This document shows positions 27,764-37,500 of a stretch of 64,000 nt of DNA, piece after piece (position 1 is the first letter of the stretch; each line of letters opens with the position of its first letter). Under the pieces are notes generated by a model. The model made no database searches. It was not told the DNA's origin and saw only the letters and a program-made list of their open reading frames with translations. This stretch comes from an uncultured virus (IMG/VR IMGVR_UViG_3300037961_001397). Taxonomy: Duplodnaviria > Heunggongvirae > Uroviricota > Caudoviricetes. Made by a program: the position numbers and the translations under genes. The stretch lies in the IMG/VR virus record IMGVR_UViG_3300037961_001397; one strand, given 5' to 3'.

Positions 27764-28021
27764 ATGGCAAGAAAAGCAAAAGCAAAAAAATTGACTGCTA
27801 AAGAACTTAAAGAAGTACGTGAGGCACAAGGTAATTTGAATCAAGCAATATTTGATTTAGGAGCTCATGAACTTACTAGAGTAAATCTTCTATCAAAGCA
27901 TGCATCAGCTAAAGGTTTATGGGAAACAAAAGTAAAAGAGCTGGAGGAAAAGTATGGGCGTGTTAATGTAAACCTTGATAATGGTGAAATAGCAGAACCA
28001 AAAGAAGAAGAAGCTAAGTAA
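27764..28021 (+). CDS. Small coiled-coil protein
   Basis: 85 aa with 'LEEKYG.VNVNLDNGEI', preceded by TATATTTG at 27735-27742. Confidence 0.65.
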   Translation: MARKAKAKKLTAKELKEVREAQGNLNQAIFDLGAHELTRVNLLSKHASAKGLWETKVKELEEKYGRVNVNLDNGEIAEPKEEEAK

Positions 28022-28048
28022 GATACTTCTCATAAATATTTTGCAAGA

Positions 28049-28086
28049 TTTTTTAGAACCAGACTTTCTTGTTTGGTTTTAAAAAA
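28049..28086. terminator. Intergenic hairpin/terminator
   Basis: ttttttagaaccagac-tttctt-gtttggttttaaaaaa inverted repeat. Confidence 0.45.
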
Positions 28087-28149
28087 TTTTGTATATTATA
28101 ATTGTATAGTTCATAAGTCAGCAGTACATTATAGTAAAAAAAAATATTT

Positions 28150-30378
28150 ATGATCCCAACTAATTCAAGCGGCACTACAAATGGATGTGACAATATTTCA
28201 TCCAATTGCGTTATATGGCAAGGCCCAGATATTTCATGTATAGATCTTTGTACTGGTGATACAATCAGTGAAGTAACAAAAAAGATTGGTGATAAAGTAT
28301 GCCAGATTATTACAGATGGTGTAACAGCTAATCCAAGTTTAGCAGGTTTAGATTTAACCTGTTTAAATATTCCAGGAATAACTCCTACAACCTTAGTCCC
28401 TGTATTACAGGCTATGGTAACACAAATTTGTGCTAATAGTTCTTCTTCTTCAGGAGGTGGTGGTGGTGGTGGCCCCGCTCAATTACCAATGATGGTATTA
28501 CCTGCTTGTTTGCAGTATAATGATGCAAGTGGTAATCCTGTAACTGAATTACGTTTAGATGAATTTGCAACTCTTATAGCTAATCAAGTATGTACTAACT
28601 TAGCTAGCATAAATACAATCAATTCAACCTTAACTAGCATTGATAATAGAATATCAATTCTAGAAGCATGTGTATTACCATGTTCAGGTACTTCATCAGA
28701 AGTTCAGATTGTACCAACGTGTGTGAGTAATGTAGGACAATTAACAAATGTATCAGTAGTTGTATTAGCACTTGAAAGTGCTTTTTGTTCTTTACAGAAT
28801 GCAGTAGGTTTACCAGCTGCTATTAATTCAGCAGTAAATCAAACAGCACTAACATCTTCTACAACAAGTTTAGCAAACTCATCAACATCTTATGGTTCTA
28901 TAACAGGATGGAATGCTTCACCAAGCACTATGGCACAGTCATTACAAAATGCTTGGGTAGTTATAGATGATCTGTATAATGCACTTTCAAACGTTCAAAC
29001 AAATTGCTGTCCTAGTGGATGTGATGGTATTACCTTTGCATATACTACTAGTACAGGTACCAACTCTAACGGTATTATAGATAACATAAACTTTAGCTTT
29101 ATAAATTCAAGTATACCTAATTCATTTAATGATTCAGCAGGATTTAGTAAGATAACTGTAACTGATAGTTTAGGTGCTAACTTAACACAAACCTTTAGTG
29201 TTTCTACTTTACAGAATAACCCTAATGGTCTTAACTTTAACGTATCTACTTTGAATACACAAGGTGATATGAATGTTCTTGTTGAGTTTAGTGTAACTGA
29301 TGGAGCAGATACTTGTACAGCTAATCAATCAAATGTGGTGCCTGGTTTAATACCATGCCCAACACCAGTAACAAGTAATGTAACTCAAACAGGAGTGGAT
29401 GTATCATTTGTAAATCAAATAGGAGCAACAGCTGTATATATTATAGATATACTAGACAACAATGGTGTAGTAGCAGCTACATACACTATTAATAACCCAG
29501 GTAATAGTGTAAGTCATTCATTTACAGGATTATCTCCTTCAACAACATATACAGTAAGATTGACAGTAGAATATGGTGGTCAAACACAAGTATGTTCAGC
29601 TACTCAAGTAACATTCCAAACTGAAACTGGTGCAGCACCATGTACAAATGGTATGGATGTAGCATTCTGTCTTGACTATACTGGATCAATGTCAAATGAA
29701 ATTAATGCTATTAAAACTGGTTTTGCAACACTAGTTAACACTATTGATACATCTTCTGGTTCTAATAATTATAGAATTGGTGTAATGACAGTTAGTGAGA
29801 AAAGTTCAGCAAATCAAACACCAAACTATGCAACTTCAAATGATTATATAGCATTACCAGCAGTACAGAAAGAAGCAGTAAATGGTACAGCTGCAGGTGG
29901 TAATACAATGTTCTTCACCGCTTGGGAAATGTTTAATACTAATAATGGAGCTGCTGCAACAACACAAGTTAACTTATTAAATACAGGTTCACCTCCAGGT
30001 GGCGTACCAATAGGTAGTGGTGCTTCTGCTCCAGAACCAATGGATTTAGCTATATCAAGAGTTATGAATAGTAATTTCTTAGGTGCATTTAGAAATAATG
30101 TAGCTAAATATATAATTTGTATAACGGATGATATATCATCTGGAGATGATGATCAATTTACTAGTACAGACTATGCATTTATTCAGCAGTTAACAAATCA
30201 AGCAAATGCTGCAGGAATAAAGATATTTGTTCTAGGTGAGGGTGTTAATAAAACATATAATAACGGAGGAACTACTGTTAGACCATGGAGAGAGTTGGCA
30301 ACCAACACAGGTGGAAATTGGAATCAAAATGAAGATCCATCCACAATTAGTGCAGAAATAATAGCAGGTTGTTCATAA
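28150..30378 (+). CDS. Cys-rich fibre-like protein with FN3 and C-terminal vWA domains
   Basis: FN3 signature 'FTGLSPSTTYTVRLTV'. vWA MIDAS-like 'DVAFCLDYTGSM', plus 'ICITD', 'GIKIFVLG' and 'LATNTGG'. Confidence 0.75.
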   Translation: MIPTNSSGTTNGCDNISSNCVIWQGPDISCIDLCTGDTISEVTKKIGDKVCQIITDGVTANPSLAGLDLTCLNIPGITPTTLVPVLQAMVTQICANSSSSSGGGGGGGPAQLPMMVLPACLQYNDASGNPVTELRLDEFATLIANQVCTNLASINTINSTLTSIDNRISILEACVLPCSGTSSEVQIVPTCVSNVGQLTNVSVVVLALESAFCSLQNAVGLPAAINSAVNQTALTSSTTSLANSSTSYGSITGWNASPSTMAQSLQNAWVVIDDLYNALSNVQTNCCPSGCDGITFAYTTSTGTNSNGIIDNINFSFINSSIPNSFNDSAGFSKITVTDSLGANLTQTFSVSTLQNNPNGLNFNVSTLNTQGDMNVLVEFSVTDGADTCTANQSNVVPGLIPCPTPVTSNVTQTGVDVSFVNQIGATAVYIIDILDNNGVVAATYTINNPGNSVSHSFTGLSPSTTYTVRLTVEYGGQTQVCSATQVTFQTETGAAPCTNGMDVAFCLDYTGSMSNEINAIKTGFATLVNTIDTSSGSNNYRIGVMTVSEKSSANQTPNYATSNDYIALPAVQKEAVNGTAAGGNTMFFTAWEMFNTNNGAAATTQVNLLNTGSPPGGVPIGSGASAPEPMDLAISRVMNSNFLGAFRNNVAKYIICITDDISSGDDDQFTSTDYAFIQQLTNQANAAGIKIFVLGEGVNKTYNNGGTTVRPWRELATNTGGNWNQNEDPSTISAEIIAGCS

Positions 30379-30394
30379 AATAAAAAATTAAAAG

Positions 30395-30955
30395 ATGGCA
30401 TGTAATTGTACAAAATGTAGTGAAAAATGTAGTTGTGCTGACACAGCTTTAACAAACCCATGTACTTATACTGATTGTAGTGTAGGCAGTGAGAGATGTG
30501 AAGATGTGCAGTGTGCTGCATGTGTTAGCTATTGTGGTACATCTTTTCAGATAGGTGAAAATGGTGAAAAAATAGTTATTACTTCAGGAGAAAGATTAGA
30601 TTCTATTATTCAGAAGTTTGCTATGATATTATCTAATGGCTTAGGTGCTTGTACATCTAGTGATCTACAACATGATCCATATAATGTATATGCTGGTACT
30701 ATTACTAGTGACTCAGCTGAAGTATTATGGGATGGTGTTTGGAGTTCAAGTACAGGTATAAATGTTTACTTAGATACACAAGTAGCTCCAGGAGGATGGG
30801 TATTACAAAACACTACACCTATAGCAACAACAATATCAAATTATAAGATCACTAACCTTACAGCTAGTACAGCTTATAAGGTCAAAGTGCAGGATGCTGG
30901 TAACTCAGTTGTTTGTAAACCAATAGAGATATTATTCTCTACACCTGCATCCTAA
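30395..30955 (+). CDS. Cys-rich protein with C-terminal FN3 domain
   Basis: N-terminal CxCxxCxxxCxC cluster and 'ITNLTASTAYKVKV'. Confidence 0.7.
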   Translation: MACNCTKCSEKCSCADTALTNPCTYTDCSVGSERCEDVQCAACVSYCGTSFQIGENGEKIVITSGERLDSIIQKFAMILSNGLGACTSSDLQHDPYNVYAGTITSDSAEVLWDGVWSSSTGINVYLDTQVAPGGWVLQNTTPIATTISNYKITNLTASTAYKVKVQDAGNSVVCKPIEILFSTPAS

Positions 30956-31003
30956 AAAGAAACAACAAGTGGTGGTTTGTTGGTTTTCTGCTGCAAACGT
31001 TGG

Positions 31004-31036
31004 GAGGGACTGGGGTAACCCGGTCTCTTTTTTTTT
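31004..31036 (+). terminator. Rho-independent terminator
   Basis: gagggactggg-gtaa-cccggtctct(t) stem followed by a long T run. Confidence 0.8.
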
Positions 31037-31097
31037 ATAAATACCATGAAAATCAATATATTATAACTACATTTACAGAAATCAATACTAACTTATT

Positions 31098-32324
31098 ATG
31101 TCTAATTACTTAAAACACAGGATAATAGAGTCCTTAAAGTGGAAAAAACATCCAAGTTATTGTGCTGAAAAATTAAATATTTCAGAATCACAATATAAAA
31201 AATTAAAGAAAGAAGTATTAAATGAAAGAAAAGTTGAGAAGAAGAAAAGCAAGTTTTTTAGCAAAGCTGCTGATAATGCTCAACTAGTAGAATCTATTGA
31301 CTTAGAAAAGGGAGAAGGTAAATTATCAGGAACCTTTGACTTTGAACCAAAAAGTCCAGAAGAGATTATCCATTTACTTAAAATAGATACAAGTATATGG
31401 AAACTTTCATCATATTGGAATAAACAAATGGGAGATCACTGGAGGGTATCAGCTCTAGTTTCAAAAATTAAAAACTCAGAAGAAAAGTATTTAGAGGATC
31501 TCTTAAAGAATTGGAAACCAAAAACATACAAACTTCCTAAACCAAACCTTAAAAGTTTAAAGAAAGGAGAAAGTGTATGTGGTATTATGTCTATACAGGA
31601 TATACACTTTGGTAAGGAAGGTAACCAAACTATAGATAAAGACTTTGAAGATACCATTGTAAACCTTATACATAGGGCTACACCATCACATTATATAGAA
31701 AAGCTCTATTTTGTTGTAGGAGGTGATTTAATCAACATGGACACCTTTACTGGTACTACCACTAGTGGAACACCATTAGAGAACTGTATGACCGCTACAG
31801 AGGCTTATATGCAGGCATTTGATGCTATGCATTGGGCAATAGGATATCTTAAGAACTTTTGTAATGATCTTGTAGTTGTTTATGTACCTGGTAATCATGA
31901 CAGGTTATCATCCTTCCATTTAGTTCATGCTCTGTCACAATCAATAGAAAGTAAAAACATTGAGTGGGATATAACGTATGAAGAAAGAAAGGTGCATGTG
32001 TGGCATAATAACTTTAATGCTTTTGAACACGGGGACAAACCAAGTAAGAATACACCTCTTGTATATGCTACAGAATATCCTAGAGAATGGGGTGACACAG
32101 TAAATAGAACATTATTTACAGGACATTTTCATACAGAAAGAAAAGTAGAATACATGACTACTGCTGAGACAACAGGTTTTATACATAAGACTCTACCAAG
32201 TATAGGAAACACAGACTATTACCATTATCATAATAAATATGTAGGTAATAGAAGATCAGGTAAATTAGAGTTACAGCACCCTACTATGGGAAATATATGT
32301 GAATTAACCTATCAAGCTTTATAA
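31098..32324 (+). CDS. Calcineurin-like metallophosphoesterase with N-terminal extension
   Basis: All five motifs present: DIH, GGD, GNHD, HGD and GHFH. Confidence 0.85.
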   Translation: MSNYLKHRIIESLKWKKHPSYCAEKLNISESQYKKLKKEVLNERKVEKKKSKFFSKAADNAQLVESIDLEKGEGKLSGTFDFEPKSPEEIIHLLKIDTSIWKLSSYWNKQMGDHWRVSALVSKIKNSEEKYLEDLLKNWKPKTYKLPKPNLKSLKKGESVCGIMSIQDIHFGKEGNQTIDKDFEDTIVNLIHRATPSHYIEKLYFVVGGDLINMDTFTGTTTSGTPLENCMTATEAYMQAFDAMHWAIGYLKNFCNDLVVVYVPGNHDRLSSFHLVHALSQSIESKNIEWDITYEERKVHVWHNNFNAFEHGDKPSKNTPLVYATEYPREWGDTVNRTLFTGHFHTERKVEYMTTAETTGFIHKTLPSIGNTDYYHYHNKYVGNRRSGKLELQHPTMGNICELTYQAL

Positions 32325-32361
32325 AGACCTCAGCAAAATTTCATTTACTGGGGTTTTTTTT
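32323..32361 (+). terminator. Rho-independent terminator
   Basis: Imperfect stem gacctcagcaaa...tttactggggtt followed by a T tract. Confidence 0.55.
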
Positions 32362-32382
32362 GTAAATTATAAATGTAACCAT

Positions 32383-32949
32383 ATGATAAATAATTTTAAA
32401 AAACCTGATCTTAAAGCTCCAAGGTATAGGGAGAAGAGATTAGGGTTATTGAATGAGGATACAATTAAAGAGTTTAAAGAAAAAAAACCTTTATACTCAA
32501 AGATAGATAATGTTAAACTAAAAAAGATAATAAAGCTATACAATGTAAAACTATGGAATGAAGTAATTAATAGTAGAGATGGGGTAGAATTACCTGACTC
32601 ACTAGGTTATTTATTCATAGGAACTTGTAAGCCTTCTAAGACAGTTAATACTAATTATGCTTTATCAAAGCAATACGGTAAAGTATTACAAAATAAGAAC
32701 TGGGAAACAGATGGCAATATAGGTAAAATATTTTATACAAACTATTCTACAAAGTATAGATTTAAAAATAGAGAGTTATGGCATTTTGTAGCTTGTAGAG
32801 ATTTTAAAAGATCTGTAGCAAAACAGTATCCTATAAATTGGACAAAGTATGTTGTTATGCAAAATAAATACAGAGTTGCACATCTTTATGATGAGAACCC
32901 TGAACAAACCAAACAAGCATTAAAAAAATATAATGAATTTGAAAATTAA
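32383..32949 (+). CDS. IHF/HU-like protein of the crAss-like tail module
   Basis: Basic protein with 'GVELPDSLGYLFI' and 'F.ACRDFKR', located before the ring/tubular genes as in crAss-like phages. Confidence 0.55.
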   Translation: MINNFKKPDLKAPRYREKRLGLLNEDTIKEFKEKKPLYSKIDNVKLKKIIKLYNVKLWNEVINSRDGVELPDSLGYLFIGTCKPSKTVNTNYALSKQYGKVLQNKNWETDGNIGKIFYTNYSTKYRFKNRELWHFVACRDFKRSVAKQYPINWTKYVVMQNKYRVAHLYDENPEQTKQALKKYNEFEN

Positions 32950-32954
32950 AAAGA

Positions 32955-33629
32955 ATGGCAACAATAGCACAAACAATATCTAGAATCAGAGGACAGGTAA
33001 AAGCAGAAGTGCAAGATGCCTTTGTTACTGATAGATATATATACAGCTTGATTGAAAAGTATGCTCAATTCTTAATGAGAAGGCAAGATTATGCAAATAA
33101 GCTTCTTAAATTTAATTCTGTTTGGAAAACATTACCATACGTAGAACTTATTGAAGTAGATAAAGTAGAAGCACATTGTGCAGGTATACAAAGTGGATGT
33201 ACTATTAAAAGAACTAAACTTAGATTACCATCAATGTTTGAAGGATATTGGGGGCCTTTAATCCGTACTATTAGTTCAATAGATGGATCTCAAGAATTAC
33301 AAGCAACACAACCGGGGACATATACATCAATGACCAAAACCACAACTTTTAAATATAATAAAACAAAATATTTTTGGTGGTTAGATGGATATATTTATTG
33401 TCCTAATATAGAATGGGATGCAATAAAGGTAGAAGGAGTATTTGACTCAGATATTACTAAATGGGATTGTGATACAGAAAATGATTGTACTCCAAGGTAT
33501 GAGCAAGAGATGTATATACCTGAAGCATTATTTGCTGAAATAGAACAGCAAGTTGTAAATACTATGCTTAATACTATTAAAGTGCCTTCTGAAGATTCAG
33601 ATAATAAACGTAACTTAAATAGACAATAA
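32955..33629 (+). CDS. Tail ring protein
   Basis: 224 aa in crAss-like tail-module synteny, with a TAATG overlap to the next gene. Confidence 0.55.
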   Translation: MATIAQTISRIRGQVKAEVQDAFVTDRYIYSLIEKYAQFLMRRQDYANKLLKFNSVWKTLPYVELIEVDKVEAHCAGIQSGCTIKRTKLRLPSMFEGYWGPLIRTISSIDGSQELQATQPGTYTSMTKTTTFKYNKTKYFWWLDGYIYCPNIEWDAIKVEGVFDSDITKWDCDTENDCTPRYEQEMYIPEALFAEIEQQVVNTMLNTIKVPSEDSDNKRNLNRQ

Positions 33630-34579
33630 TGGGAGTATCACAAAACTATAGAACATTTAGTCAGTTGATGGAAGATGTTTCCATTGACTTTTCTACATAC
33701 GCATTGGAAGGTTTGATAGAACCTCAACAACTTATTAAAGTAGCTCAAAGAGTTAACTATGATCTTGGATTAAGAATACATAGAACTAAAGAAGTTATTA
33801 TAGATATAGAACACGGAAGAGGTCAACTACCTGTGGATTTTAAATATGTAAATTATGCATTTAGATGTGGTAGTTATAAGATAAGTGCATCTCTTCCTTC
33901 AGGTACTCATGTTGAAACAACAAATGATGTACCTTATAAACCAGCACCTGGTCAACAAGAACCATGTAATACAGATCCAACTTGTAAAGATGTATGTGTT
34001 ATTAAAACATGTGATAATAAAAAAGAATATCAACTTGTACAAAGAATAGGTGCAGAACAATATAGAGTATTTAATCATTGGTCACAACTTAAAATAACAA
34101 GTTTGAATGATAAAGTTTGTTATTGTCCAAGTCTAGGAGCACAATCTTTAGATACAGCAGAAATAAAAGATGGTTTCTTACTTACTAATTTTGCTACTGG
34201 TAAAGTATATATTAGTTATCAAGGTGCAATGGAAGATGCATATGGTGACTTACTTGTACTAGATCACCCATATTGCAATGAGTATTATGAGTATGCTCTT
34301 AAACAAAGAATACTTGAGAATATGATATGGCAAGGAGAAAATGTATCTCAGCAATTAGGATTAGTAGAACAAAGATTAAGAGCTTCTAGAAACAATGCAC
34401 TAACATTTGTAAATACACCAGATTTCCAAGAAATGAAAAAGGTATGGACAATGAATAGGAGAGCACAGTATCATAACTATTATAATATGTTCTTAAGCTA
34501 TGCTCCTGAAAATCCAAGAGTTGTTTCAGCACCTAATACGGCAGTAGGTAGTTCAACTACATCTGGATCATCTTATTAA
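33629..34579 (+). CDS. Tail tubular/ring protein
   Basis: 'TNF.TGKVYISY.G..ED..G...V.D' motif; precedes the stabilization/muzzle gene. Confidence 0.65.
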   Translation: MGVSQNYRTFSQLMEDVSIDFSTYALEGLIEPQQLIKVAQRVNYDLGLRIHRTKEVIIDIEHGRGQLPVDFKYVNYAFRCGSYKISASLPSGTHVETTNDVPYKPAPGQQEPCNTDPTCKDVCVIKTCDNKKEYQLVQRIGAEQYRVFNHWSQLKITSLNDKVCYCPSLGAQSLDTAEIKDGFLLTNFATGKVYISYQGAMEDAYGDLLVLDHPYCNEYYEYALKQRILENMIWQGENVSQQLGLVEQRLRASRNNALTFVNTPDFQEMKKVWTMNRRAQYHNYYNMFLSYAPENPRVVSAPNTAVGSSTTSGSSY

Positions 34580-34593
34580 AGATATAATGTAAT

Positions 34594-37500
34594 ATGGCAA
34601 AAAAAAGAACACCTTCTTCTAGCAGACGTCAAAGGGCAAACAGCAATAGCTCCTCTGTTCAAACAAATTCCTTTATTAAAGGGATGAACAAGGATATTAC
34701 CCCATCCCTGGAGAATAACCAGGCATGGTGGCATGCACGTAATATTGCAAATAATTCTGAAGATGGTGACTTAGGTGTTATAGGTAATGAACCCGCTAAC
34801 CTTTCTTGTGGTGTAATTCCATATACTGTTATTGGTGCTATCCACAGATATGGAGATGAGTGGATAGTTTATTCAACTGATGATGTAAGTTCTGAGATAG
34901 GACGCTTTGATGATAGTGAATGTAAATATGAAACCATTGTTAATGATCCTTGTTTAAACTTTAGCAGAAAATTTTTAATTACTGGTGCAGCAAAAGAAAA
35001 TTTTGATTGTACTTGGCAAGTATATTGGGATGATGGTAATAATCCATCAAGAACTCTTAACATAGATGAAGTACCATATAAACAAGTGCAAATAGCAGGC
35101 CCTGGTGTCAATGGAGATGATTGTGCTGTTTATGAAGATATTGAGCCAAAACAATTAGACTGTGAAAAAATAAGATTAGCACCTTTAGTTGATACACCTT
35201 GCGTCAAGCTAACAAAAGCTACTGACGGAGGAATGTTAAGAAATGGTGCATATCAGGCTTATATTGCATATGTAGAAAATGAACAAAGAGTTACAGATTA
35301 CATAGGTATATCAAATATACAAACTTTGTTTAGCCATGAAGGTAGTAATGGATCATTAGATATAGCAGTATCAAATTTAGATCAAGATTATGAGTATTAT
35401 GAACTTGTTATATTAAGAAGAAATCAGGGTCAAACTTCTGCAAAAAGAATAGGACTATATAGTACACAAACTCAAGATATAAATATAGATTTTATAGATG
35501 AAGCATTAGTTGCAATAAGTCTTGAGCAAATACCATTACGTAGTCCAGCATATGAAAAGTCTGAGTCAATGTTTGTAGTAAATGATTGGCTTTTAAGACA
35601 GGGACCTGTAGAACAATTTGATTTTAACTATCAACCTATTGCAAATGAAATAAAAACAGAATGGGTTATAAATCAAGTATCTAGTGACTATTATCATTTA
35701 GCAGGTAATAAACTAGGATTTATGCGTGATGAACAATACGCATTCTTTATTAGATGGATATATAATACAGGTGAAAGATCATCATCTTATCATATACCAG
35801 GTAGAGCACCAAGAAATTTTGATGAGCCAAGTGGTCTTTCAACACCAGAAGATCAAGTCATTACTGGATCTAATGTTATAGATCCATCAGGAGATCCTTT
35901 ATATAAAGTATATAATACAGCTAGTATAACAGCACAAGGTCTTTCTGAAATACAAGATGATGGATCAGTAATTGTTGCCAAAGGAGACATGGGATTCTGG
36001 CAATCATCTGAAAGATATCCAGTTAATAGACCTGATATTTGGGGTGATCTTTGTGGTAAGTATATAAGACATCACAAAATGCCAGATGAGAGTATTGGTG
36101 GTGCAAATAGCCCACTTCATTTAACTAATACTAATGGTGACTTAATAAATATTCTTGGAGTACAGTTTTCTAATATAGGCAGACCTAAATTCAATGATGG
36201 TACTTATATACCTAATGTTGTTGGTTATGAAATACTACGTGGTTCTAGACAAGGAGCTAGATCTATATTAGCTAAAGGTATGTTTAAGAACATGCGTAAG
36301 TATGATATACCTGATGAAGAAAATTTATTAGGTACAAGTACACAAGGTTTGTATCCAAACTATCCATATAACTCATTACAAGATGATGTATTTTTTCATG
36401 ATGGTAGAAGAAATGATGAACATAGAACTAAAGAGTGTGAAGATAGTTTTACAAATAGTATAGATAAATTCAAGCCTTTAAAAGGTCATACAAAAGACGT
36501 ATTTACTTTTCACTCTCCAGACTTGATGTTTACAAAGCCATTTTTAAATGCATATGAAACAAAAATTATAGGAGAGATATCAGGAAAATCTACAGGTACA
36601 TTTAAACCATCTGAGAAGCATCCTCAGTTTAAATTATTAAGACCAGTAGCATCAACACTTGCAGCAATCATTGGTGTAGGTTATGCACTAAATGCAGTAC
36701 AAGGTACTTCAGGTAAAAAGGCACCGGCAGTTCAAGGAAACAATGCCGCTGGTAATGCTATATTTTTAGGTGTTTCAAACTCAGTAGGTAAGGCAGTTGA
36801 GAATGCAGCTGGTATTGGAACATTAACATTAGGTAATGCAATATGGGATTTACTATTAGATGGCTTAATAGATAATGCTGTTGATATAGGAGATTTATAT
36901 GGTGGAGGTATTGCATCTGATACTAAATTAAAAGCAACAGGACATGCAAACTTTTTGAAAGCTGCTGTACCTGGTGTTATGGGTGGTGGTATTGAGCAGA
37001 ATGTTGTTTATGATAAACCTGAAGCAGCTATGCCAAGTCTTTTAAGAGCTCTTGCAGGTATATCAATGGCACAAAAGAATATATCTATTGGTGGTAATGA
37101 GATTATAGAATTATTTTATAACCTAGTTGATTTTGAAGATTTTGTATTAAAATATAACTCAGTAGGATTTTTTAATAAGTTTACTAAGAAAAATTTAGGT
37201 GATACGTTTAGAGTAAAAAATAGTGCTTCTAATTATTTAGGTTCATCTTTTCAAACATTTGATGGAACAAAATATAAGATTAATAATTTATTTAGACCAT
37301 CTACAGTAGCAATATCTACAGAGCAAGAAATAGATCATAGTTATTCAATAGATGATAACTCTAGATTTGCTTTGGGTGGTTATGTAATGAGTAATGGATC
37401 AGTTGATGATTATGGAAATAAGTATATGGTGCAGTACTCACAACCATTTAAAAGAAACATAGCAGCTTTATATGGATCTTTAAAATATAACTTTGATAAT

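Noticed and set aside
28438..28473. (TCT)n/(GGT)n microsatellite
   Set aside because: It is an in-frame Ser/Gly linker, and triplet units would not cause phase variation.
22678..30955. Diversity-generating retroelement or CRISPR-like array from the fibre repeats
   Set aside because: There is no reverse transcriptase in the window. The repeats are in-frame coding units with synonymous divergence, not adenine-specific TR/VR pairs or regularly spaced direct repeats.
30956..31097. tRNA gene in the GC-richer intergenic region
   Set aside because: No cloverleaf or T-loop (GTTCRA) consensus. The region is explained by hairpins and a terminator.
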